Positions 57,260 through 64,000 of a stretch of 64,000 nucleotides of DNA are shown piece by piece. The stretch spans positions 29,036 through 93,035 of the IMG/VR virus record IMGVR_UViG_3300032269_000703. The stretch is one strand, 5' to 3'. This stretch comes from a virus (taxonomy: Duplodnaviria; Caudoviricetes). Made by a program: the position numbers and the translations under genes. Positions within the stretch are counted from its first letter, which is position 1, and each line of letters starts with the position of its first letter. The notes under the pieces were generated by a model. That model saw only the letters and a program-made list of their open reading frames with translations. It was not told the origin of the DNA and made no database searches.

Positions 57260-57309
57260 GAGAGTCAGTTGACCTCATTACCAACCGAGACCGCAAGGCT
57301 CATTACCAA
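57260..57309 (+). promoter_or_regulatory. Tandem bulged hairpin + ATTACCAA repeats in SSB leader
   Basis: GAG-A-GTC(AGTT)GAC-CTC-ATTACCAA and GAG-A-CC(GCAA)GG-CTC-ATTACCAA abutting AAGGAG SD. Confidence 0.7.
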
Positions 57310-57324
57310 TAAGGAGATAGTCTT

Positions 57325-57978
57325 ATGACTATTGAAAACCCACAAGTCGATGCAAACTTCTATCTAGAAGATTCAGAAGACGCATCTGCAAAGCATGGCA
57401 CTACCGTCCAGTCAGGATGGGCAGCTGCTGAAGGATTGCTAAAGCCAAAGCGTGCTAACGGCAATTACCCAACCGAGTTCCGTTTTAGTGAGGAACTACA
57501 GCTTGTTCGTTTCTTGGACAACGAGCCATACATGGTGTACCAGCTCCACTGGATTGATCGTTCTGAAGGCAAGAAGTCTTTTGTTTGTCTAGGTGACGAG
57601 TGTCCACTGTGTACAATGCTTGGTGACAAGCCAAAGCCAAAGTTTGCATTTAACATTCTTGTCTTGAGTGACGAGCAGCCTAACGTGCAAATCCTAACTG
57701 CTACAACTCCTCTAGCTCGCCAGTTGCAAGCTGCTAACAGCCACCCAGTTCGTGGTCCACTTAGCAAGTACTACTGGACCCTTGGACGTCAGGGCACCGG
57801 AGCTTCTACACAGTACTCCCTAGAACGTGTAAAAGCTGCTGACCTTGCTGAAGAGTGGGATCTAGATCCTGAGAACGTTGAGGCAATTGCTTCATCAGCA
57901 ACAATGTACGGTCAAGAGGCTGTCTACATTACACCACGCGCTGAACTTATTCAGATCGCTCGTTCTCTATTGAACTAA
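57325..57978 (+). CDS. Single-stranded DNA-binding protein (T4 gp32-like)
   Basis: VRFLD, HW, CLGDECPLC Zn site, FAFNIL; between helicase and polymerase. Confidence 0.75.
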   Translation: MTIENPQVDANFYLEDSEDASAKHGTTVQSGWAAAEGLLKPKRANGNYPTEFRFSEELQLVRFLDNEPYMVYQLHWIDRSEGKKSFVCLGDECPLCTMLGDKPKPKFAFNILVLSDEQPNVQILTATTPLARQLQAANSHPVRGPLSKYYWTLGRQGTGASTQYSLERVKAADLAEEWDLDPENVEAIASSATMYGQEAVYITPRAELIQIARSLLN

Positions 57979-58036
57979 CCCAAAAAAACCCAGTAGTTTA
58001 AGGATTCTTCCTTTCTTGCTTTAAACTGCTACCTCC

Positions 58037-58080
58037 GATGGGGGCTAAAGTGTTTGGTCCTTTAGCCCCCATCATTTCTT
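58037..58080 (+). terminator. Hairpin/terminator between SSB and polymerase
   Basis: GATGGGGGCTAAAG/CTTTAGCCCCCATC 14-bp stem then ATTTCTT. Confidence 0.75.
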
Positions 58081-58091
58081 CCTAGGGACTT

Positions 58092-60089
58092 ATGAACATT
58101 ATTACTACTAAAGAACAACTCCAAGAGTTTGTTGACGCGTATATGCGTGTAGACGCCTTTGCGTTCGATATAGAGACCATTGGCGAGAATAGGCTACACA
58201 CAGTCATTAACGACGTTTGCTGGCTCTCATTTGCCACTGAAGGACGCGTTGACGTGATTCCTATGGGTCACCCTAATGGTGATCTAATTGACTATACAAA
58301 ACCACTTCTGCTATCAGGAGAAAAGCGCCTAGCTGCCGGTAAGCCACTCCTTGAGTCTAGTTACTCATCAGATGAGCGTAAGTGGATTCCTAATTTTACT
58401 GAGCCACCTGTTCAATTGACTCGTGCAGAAGTATTTGCTGCAATTAAGCCACTAATGTTTAGTGACAAACTAAAGATCGGTCACAACATTAAGTTTGATC
58501 TAAAGTCTGTTGCTAAATACTTTGGCGGAAAAGTTCCTTCAAAGCCGTACTTTGATACATTGATGGCTACATTTGTTATTGATAGCCAGGAAAAAGATCT
58601 TGGTCTAGCTGCCTGTGTTAAGCGTGAAGTCGGCATTGAGGTTACTAAAGGTGTAGGTGCTAATATTGCTCTACATTCTTTTGCTGATGTTGCAAAGTAC
58701 TCAGGTATCGACGCTGACGTAACCTGGAAACTATACAAAGTGCTAAACGCAAAACTAGATAACAAGTTGCAAAAGGTATGGCGTCTAGAAATGGATGTGC
58801 TGTCTGCTTTGTGTGACATGGAGCTAACTGGTGCTTACATTGACCAGGAAGCATTAGCATTACTTGCTGAAGAAATTGAAAAAGGAAAGCAAGAAGCAGA
58901 GGCACTTTGCTACAAACTAGCAGGAAAAGCATTTCCTATTAACTCTGTGCAAGCAAAGCAGAAGCTGTTGTTTGGTTCTGTTGACGGTGCAAAGCCTCGT
59001 CTAAAGCCAAACAAAGCCTTTAAAGCGGGCTTGACACCAAAAGGTCATGAGGCAAACAAAGCCGGTCTAGAACTAACTGAGGCGCACTATTCAGTAAGCG
59101 CAGAAGCTCTAGAAAACCTACGTGGTAAAGATGAGCTAGTAGATGCATTGCTTCAATACCAGGATCTAAACAAACTAATGACTACTTACGTAACCCCTTA
59201 CACTGGTGGTGAAGTCAAGCGCGTTACTAACGGTAAAGAAAAGATTACAGAACGTGAAAGCCTTCTGGTAAATGGGCGTGTGCACACTAACTTCAAGTCA
59301 CACGGAGCAGAAACAGGGCGCTTCTCATCTAGCGAACCTAATCTACAAAACATCCCATCATCAGGCGAGTATGGAAAGATGATCCGTAATTTGTTTGTAG
59401 CCCCACCAGGACACAAGTTAGTTGTTGCTGACTACTCTCAGATTGAACCACGTATTATCGCTGCATTTAGTCAAGACCCTATTCTTATGCAGAACTACCT
59501 TGATGGTGGAGACATATACACAACTATTGGTGACACAATGGGAGTAGACCGTAAAGCTGGTAAAGTTCTTGTTCTTGCTATTTCATACGGTGTAGGACCT
59601 GATAAGATTGCTGCTTCTATTGGTTGTGGAGTTAACGAGGCTAAAAAACTTCTACGTGACTTTGAAGCTAAGTTCTCTAGTATTCCAAGGTACAAAGGTC
59701 GTGTTGTTCGTAAAGCAAAAGAAGTAGAGCCAGTACCTTACGTAGAGACCCTATTTGGTCGCCGTCGTTATCTACCAGACCTTAATCACCAGGACTTTGG
59801 ATTAAAGTCTCGTGCAGAACGTCAGGCATTTAACACTAAGATCCAGGGTAGTGCTGCCGACGTTATGAAGCTAGCTCTTATTCGTGCACACTCTTGTTTT
59901 GTTAACGCACCAGAAACCAACGTTATTCTGACAGTACACGACGAACTTGTTACAATTACACCAGAAGAACTTGCGGATGAAACAGCAGAAGCAATTCGCA
60001 TTTCTATGGAAGGCATCAAAGTAAAAGAGATAACAGTTCCACTTATTGCCGATGTAAAGATCGTAGACAAGTGGGGAGAGGCTAAATAA
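58092..60089 (+). CDS. polA: Family A DNA polymerase with 3'-5' exonuclease
   Basis: FDIET, HNIKFD, TGRFSSSEPNLQN, ADYSQIEPR, YG, QGSAAD, VHDE. Confidence 0.95.
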   Translation: MNIITTKEQLQEFVDAYMRVDAFAFDIETIGENRLHTVINDVCWLSFATEGRVDVIPMGHPNGDLIDYTKPLLLSGEKRLAAGKPLLESSYSSDERKWIPNFTEPPVQLTRAEVFAAIKPLMFSDKLKIGHNIKFDLKSVAKYFGGKVPSKPYFDTLMATFVIDSQEKDLGLAACVKREVGIEVTKGVGANIALHSFADVAKYSGIDADVTWKLYKVLNAKLDNKLQKVWRLEMDVLSALCDMELTGAYIDQEALALLAEEIEKGKQEAEALCYKLAGKAFPINSVQAKQKLLFGSVDGAKPRLKPNKAFKAGLTPKGHEANKAGLELTEAHYSVSAEALENLRGKDELVDALLQYQDLNKLMTTYVTPYTGGEVKRVTNGKEKITERESLLVNGRVHTNFKSHGAETGRFSSSEPNLQNIPSSGEYGKMIRNLFVAPPGHKLVVADYSQIEPRIIAAFSQDPILMQNYLDGGDIYTTIGDTMGVDRKAGKVLVLAISYGVGPDKIAASIGCGVNEAKKLLRDFEAKFSSIPRYKGRVVRKAKEVEPVPYVETLFGRRRYLPDLNHQDFGLKSRAERQAFNTKIQGSAADVMKLALIRAHSCFVNAPETNVILTVHDELVTITPEELADETAEAIRISMEGIKVKEITVPLIADVKIVDKWGEAK

Positions 60090-60223
60090 TGAACGAAATA
60101 TTTATCTGCACTGGATGCTACAGCACAGAAGGATCAGATGATGGAGGAGACTACTGCGATATTTGCGAGTCTTACAAGTATTTTGCTTGGGTAGAAGCAG
60201 GCAATGACGATGAAGATTTTTAA
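60089..60223 (+). CDS. 44-aa Zn-ribbon peptide
   Basis: CTGC...CDIC; TAATG coupling; not in ORF track. Confidence 0.65.
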   Translation: MNEIFICTGCYSTEGSDDGGDYCDICESYKYFAWVEAGNDDEDF

Positions 60224-60626
60224 AAAGAAACCTAAAGACCGTGTTCCTCCAATGGCTGAAATAAACAATCGTATTCGTGGATTTATCATGGATTCACAAA
60301 TACAGAATAGTCATGAAATTTCATACATTCTTGGTCTTCCTGCACTTAGTGATGAAATTGCTGAAAAAGAAGAGCAGGTTAGTGATGATCGTATAGAACG
60401 TATTGAATACCTAATTCCTATTCTTTATGCACACGCTCACACACTAGCTGAGGCATCTATTGAGTACCAAAAGTCAAACATTGAAAATTCCGATGCACTT
60501 CCACAAGAGATGTGGATCTTTGGACGTAAACTACTAGAACAAGTAGCTTTGTCTGCACTAATGGGGTCAACCTCACAGCTTATTGATATGGGACTATTAA
60601 CAATACCAAAAAGGATAAAAAAATGA
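60204..60626 (+). CDS. Hypothetical protein
   Basis: ORF in operon. Confidence 0.7.
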   Translation: MTMKIFKKKPKDRVPPMAEINNRIRGFIMDSQIQNSHEISYILGLPALSDEIAEKEEQVSDDRIERIEYLIPILYAHAHTLAEASIEYQKSNIENSDALPQEMWIFGRKLLEQVALSALMGSTSQLIDMGLLTIPKRIKK

Positions 60627-60700
60627 GTTTTGTAGAATTTTGGTTTATAGCTATAATGGCACTAGCAATTGCTGCACTAATTCAAGGAGAAGAAAAATGA
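60623..60700 (+). CDS. 25-aa membrane peptide
   Basis: MSFVEFWFIAIMALAIAALIQGEEK; AAGGA SD; ATGA overlaps both ends. Confidence 0.55.
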   Translation: MSFVEFWFIAIMALAIAALIQGEEK

Positions 60701-60897
60701 GTATGGTAGAAAAAGCAAAACTTCACGTAGTTAAAAACCACTGGACACAAGCAGGTGAAGATAATGAACGGACTCGTATTATTAATCTGCTTCTAGATCA
60801 GAATATTATCAGGCGTTGTGCCGCTACAGACAAACTTGTAGCGTTCAATACTCACGGAACTGAAGTTGTTTATATTAAAGACTTGGAGACCAAATGA
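60697..60897 (+). CDS. Hypothetical protein
   Basis: AAGGAG SD before ATG 60697; ERTRIINLL. Confidence 0.7.
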   Translation: MSMVEKAKLHVVKNHWTQAGEDNERTRIINLLLDQNIIRRCAATDKLVAFNTHGTEVVYIKDLETK

Positions 60898-61277
60898 GTA
60901 ACGCAGATTGGTGGGCTAAAAAGCTGGGAAATCAACCACAGGTACAACAAGGTCGCCCAGATCCAACTCCACCTATGCCACCTAGCCAACAACCAATGGC
61001 TACGATGCCTTCCTTTCAACCACAGCAATCGGACATCTCTCGCCTTGCTCCCTCATCTAAAAGCACTGCTACGTGTCCTGACTGCGGGTCGGGCAACTTT
61101 ATGGCTCCTACGGCGCAAATCGCGCCACGCTGCTATGACTGTGGGTATCCCGTACAGCAATCAGGTTCACGGTTTGGTGGCTTGGCTGGTGCACACGTGG
61201 AAGGTGCGGTACAGCAAGCGACAGGAAATGATTCAACAAATAACTGGAACCCACAAGGAATTATAGGAAGCGTTTAA
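60894..61277 (+). CDS. Zn-ribbon protein
   Basis: WWAKKL; CPDCGS..RCYDCGYP. Confidence 0.8.
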   Translation: MSNADWWAKKLGNQPQVQQGRPDPTPPMPPSQQPMATMPSFQPQQSDISRLAPSSKSTATCPDCGSGNFMAPTAQIAPRCYDCGYPVQQSGSRFGGLAGAHVEGAVQQATGNDSTNNWNPQGIIGSV

Positions 61278-61447
61278 TGGAGATTCAACAAATACGCGAT
61301 TTGGTGTTTTTAGAAATTCGTGCTAAACTAGGTCAAGAACTATTAAAACAAAACGTTATCGAAACATCTGATGGAACACTTGGTTGGTGGAAAGATGACT
61401 TTAACTTTGTTTCTTTCTACGACGTAATGGAGTCTATTCGTGATTAA
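61277..61447 (+). CDS. Hypothetical 56-aa protein
   Basis: TAATG coupling; fills gap before recA. Confidence 0.6.
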   Translation: MEIQQIRDLVFLEIRAKLGQELLKQNVIETSDGTLGWWKDDFNFVSFYDVMESIRD

Positions 61448-62489
61448 TGCTGATGTATTAAAGATCATAACTGCACTAAATAAAAAGTATGGAGAAAACA
61501 CAATTGTAGTAGGAAACAGCATAAAGAATGATCTTATTCAGCGTATTACTACTGGTTCAACTACTTTTGATTACGTCCTGGGTGGTGGGTTTCCTGCTAA
61601 CCAGTGGAACGAGCTTATTGGTGAACCGTCGCACGGTAAGACAGCAATTGCTCTAAAAACCATTGCAGCAAACCAAGCTCTAAATCCTGACCACCTGACA
61701 GTATGGGTAGCTGCTGAGCAGTGGGTACCAGAGTATGCTAAAATGTGTGGTGTTGATTCTAGTCGCGTTATTGTTATTGAGACAAACGTTATGGAAGAGG
61801 CTTACCAGGCAGTAATTGAGTTTGCTGAAACTAAAGGCGTAGACGCGATTGTTATTGACTCTTTACCAGCTCTTAGCCCTATGCCAGAACTAGAAAAAAA
61901 CATGGATGAGTTAACCGTTGGTAAGGGTGCTCTTTTAACCAATAAGTTCTTTCGTGTAGTTGGTCAGGCAATGAAGCGCAGTCTCGTAGAAGACGAGCGT
62001 CCTATTTTAGGACTGATTATTAACCAGTATCGCATGAAGATCGGTGTTATGCATGGAGACCCTCGTACAACTCCTGGTGGTGAAGGTAAGAACTATGCGT
62101 TTTTTACTCGCTCAGAAGTTCGCCGTGATGAATGGATTGAAGCTGGTTCTGGCACAAATAAAGTACGTGTAGGACAACGCATCAAGATCCGTGTAATTAA
62201 GAATAAGACTGCTCCCCCACAGCGCATTGCCTACATTGACTACTACTTTGCCCCACACTCTATCTATCAAGCCGGTGATTATGACACAGCTAAAGAAGTA
62301 GCTGCTATGTCTATTGTCATGGAAATTGTAGACCGTAAAGGTGGATGGATCTACTTTGGAGAACGCAAGTGGCAAGGACAAGAAGCATTTTCTAATTCTA
62401 TTCGTGAAGAAGTAGAGTTGTACGAAGAGCTTCGTTCTAAAGTACTCTCTGCAACTGATAGCTTTACAGGAGAATCTGATGATGAGTAA
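61440..62489 (+). CDS. recA: RecA-like recombinase
   Basis: TGS..D..LGGG, GEPSHGKT, VIDS, INQ.R.KIGVMHGDP.TTPGG, KNKTAPP. Confidence 0.93.
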   Translation: MINADVLKIITALNKKYGENTIVVGNSIKNDLIQRITTGSTTFDYVLGGGFPANQWNELIGEPSHGKTAIALKTIAANQALNPDHLTVWVAAEQWVPEYAKMCGVDSSRVIVIETNVMEEAYQAVIEFAETKGVDAIVIDSLPALSPMPELEKNMDELTVGKGALLTNKFFRVVGQAMKRSLVEDERPILGLIINQYRMKIGVMHGDPRTTPGGEGKNYAFFTRSEVRRDEWIEAGSGTNKVRVGQRIKIRVIKNKTAPPQRIAYIDYYFAPHSIYQAGDYDTAKEVAAMSIVMEIVDRKGGWIYFGERKWQGQEAFSNSIREEVELYEELRSKVLSATDSFTGESDDE

Positions 62490-62673
62490 TCCATGGGATA
62501 ACGAATATTGGCTAGACAATTACGATTTAATGATTGAAGAACAAGAGCGTAATAGGATTATTACTTTTATTAACTCTATTATCGTAGACTTAGAAAAGTT
62601 TAATGACGGTGCAGAAGACCTAAAAGCTATTGTTAACATTCTTGAATCAGAGGACTGGGCACTTGGATATTAA
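62479..62673 (+). CDS. Hypothetical acidic protein
   Basis: AGGAG SD; ERNRII. Confidence 0.65.
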   Translation: MMSNPWDNEYWLDNYDLMIEEQERNRIITFINSIIVDLEKFNDGAEDLKAIVNILESEDWALGY

Positions 62674-62938
62674 CAACTTTAGTATTATAGACTTTCATTG
62701 GTCACAAGAGCTAGAGAATGAGTACACCGAGTACATGTCAAAGTGTGAAGCTCAAATTGATCGTGACTTTTATGAAGAAACCGATTTAGAAGTAGAAGAT
62801 GAGTTTGAAACATTGTCTGGTCAGCCATTCTGTGGTTGTGAAACCTGTTATGTTCGTGAAGAGCTGTTCTTTTTAGTCCCTCGTATAATTGAAGCCTATA
62901 AAAAAGGGCAGATAGTAGTTCCAGAAAATGAAGAGTGA
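62630..62938 (+). CDS. Hypothetical protein (start uncertain)
   Basis: SGQPFCGCETCYVRE motif. Confidence 0.7.
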   Translation: MLTFLNQRTGHLDINNFSIIDFHWSQELENEYTEYMSKCEAQIDRDFYEETDLEVEDEFETLSGQPFCGCETCYVREELFFLVPRIIEAYKKGQIVVPENEE

Positions 62939-63236
62939 AGGTCAAAAGCAGTCTCAAAAGCATGAAAAGCGTTTAGCTAAAGCTATTGGAGGAGCTACTA
63001 CAGCTGCTTCAGGTGCCTTTTGGTCACGTAAAGGTGACGTACGCAATGATGACCTGTTGATTGAGCACAAATGGACAGGTAAAAAGTCTAAGACACTCCA
63101 GTCAGCAGAGTTGAAAAAGATTGTAAATGAAGCTATAATGGACGGACGGTTTCCAGTATTTGGAATCCATCTAGATGGTCAAGACTATGTAATCGTTTTA
63201 GAAACAGATTTCTTAGAGCTATGGAACTCAAAATAA
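62928..63236 (+). CDS. Holliday-junction resolvase-like PD-(D/E)XK nuclease
   Basis: HEKRLA..SGA...KGDV....IEHK. Confidence 0.8.
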   Translation: MKSEGQKQSQKHEKRLAKAIGGATTAASGAFWSRKGDVRNDDLLIEHKWTGKKSKTLQSAELKKIVNEAIMDGRFPVFGIHLDGQDYVIVLETDFLELWNSK

Positions 63237-63598
63237 TGGATGGTTATTTAGAACCAACTCATCGTCTAGACTGGATGGATAAAGCTAGGTGTAAAGATAA
63301 AGATCCTACAACAGAGATTTTTTTTCCTCCTAGAGACAAAGCCAAGTACTCTAAACTAGCTACACAAGCTAAAGCAATGTGCTTAGGACCTAATAACACA
63401 AGTCCTTGCCCAGTTCGTAAAGAATGTCTGTGGTTTGCTGTAGAATCAGATGAGCAGCATGGTATTTGGGGTGGCATGAGCCACCGTGAACGCAATGCTT
63501 TAGTCAGGAAATGGCAACGTAAGTTCAAGGATCAGATGACCTTGAAGGAATATATATTTCAAATAGATAAGAAGGAATACAATAATGGCAGTAAGTAA
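63236..63598 (+). CDS. whiB: WhiB-family transcription factor
   Basis: W...A.C, FFP, AKAMC..CPVRKECL, GIWGG.S..ER. Confidence 0.93.
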   Translation: MDGYLEPTHRLDWMDKARCKDKDPTTEIFFPPRDKAKYSKLATQAKAMCLGPNNTSPCPVRKECLWFAVESDEQHGIWGGMSHRERNALVRKWQRKFKDQMTLKEYIFQIDKKEYNNGSK

Positions 63599-64000
63599 AT
63601 CAGAACTACAGAAGTTCCTAGACGCTAAGAAAGCACCTACACGCCTTATTGGAGATATTGAACGTCACCTAATGCAGCGTCCGGTAGGTGACCGTAGTAC
63701 TACCGTGCTTCACCCATCTGAAATCATTAAGCGTGACTGGTGTAAGCGTGCATCCTATTTCCTATTAAATGGTCACACCAAGATTGCTGAAAAGCCTAAC
63801 CTACGTCTACAAAGCATTTTTGATGAAGGTCACGCCATCCACGCTAAGTGGCAACGCTGGTTCCAGGAAATGGGTGTGCTATACGGAAGGTTTGTTTGTA
63901 CCGCTTGTGACTTTTCCCTATTTGATCTAGGACCTATTGAATGTCCTGCATGTGGTAAGCCGACTATGGAGTATCGTGAAGTAACTCTTGTGGATAATGA
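63585..64000 (+). CDS. Cas4-like/PD-(D/E)XK exonuclease (3' truncated)
   Basis: LHPSE...WCKRASY, IFDEGHAIH, CTAC..CPAC..YREV; AAGGA SD. Confidence 0.75.
   Translation, partial: MAVSKSELQKFLDAKKAPTRLIGDIERHLMQRPVGDRSTTVLHPSEIIKRDWCKRASYFLLNGHTKIAEKPNLRLQSIFDEGHAIHAKWQRWFQEMGVLYGRFVCTACDFSLFDLGPIECPACGKPTMEYREVTLVDN

Noticed and set aside
17872-62489. Inteins or introns in terL, dnaB, polA, recA
   Set aside because: Lengths are normal and motifs are contiguous; no intein termini seen.
434-63528. All minus-strand ORFs in the track
   Set aside because: Nearly all lie antisense to a coherent + strand gene and lack motifs; biased codon usage explains open antisense frames.
63585-64000. CRISPR-Cas system suggested by Cas4-like gene
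   Set aside because: No array or other cas genes; stand-alone Cas4-like exonucleases are common in phage recombination modules.
1-64000. Stop-codon reassignment
   Set aside because: Long conserved genes are intact in the standard code and TAA, TAG and TGA all terminate genes.

Overview
A 64-kb, single-orientation (+ strand) slice of a large, AT-rich tailed phage genome with a contractile tail (sheath, tube, baseplate). WhiB, an M23 endolysin and a leaderless-type promoter suggest an actinobacterial host. Layout: (1) 1-8.5 kb, an accessory island of small translationally coupled ORFs: three ADP-ribosyltransferase-like proteins, two GNATs, Zn-finger proteins, basic peptides, Hsp20, HNH and PD-(D/E)XK nucleases. 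(2) 8.6-11.6 kb, lysis and membrane genes with a PA14/FN3/Pro-rich exported protein. (3) 11.6-17.9 kb, unknowns and a KTSC protein. (4) 17.9-31.5 kb, terminase, portal, scaffold, capsid, neck and fibre genes. (5) 31.5-33.4 kb, a run of Lys-rich mini-proteins. (6) 33.5-49.9 kb, tail and baseplate. (7) 50-64 kb, replication and recombination (HTH initiator with internal ori-like repeats, DnaC-like loader, DnaB, primase, SNF2 helicase, SSB, PolA, RecA, resolvase, WhiB, Cas4-like nuclease). The most striking unannotated element is a ~250-nt non-coding RNA cassette at 6119-6400 with its own TTGACA-N17-TAGACT promoter. It holds an H-type pseudoknot, an 80-nt tmRNA reduced to its tRNA-like domain (G3:U Ala determinant, no tag ORF), a second pseudoknot with HDV-like topology, and a non-canonical tRNA-like cloverleaf. 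Second, many unrelated proteins of the left island, including the ART and GNAT enzymes, share short terminal peptide motifs (L-[SGN]-x(1,2)-Q-F and G/S-R-N-x(2,3)-F) that may be a virion-packaging tag. Also noted are a candidate +1 frameshift in the tail chaperone, a tandem bulged-hairpin operator ahead of SSB, and a small beta module reused across five virion proteins. All assignments are by eye; no searches were run.
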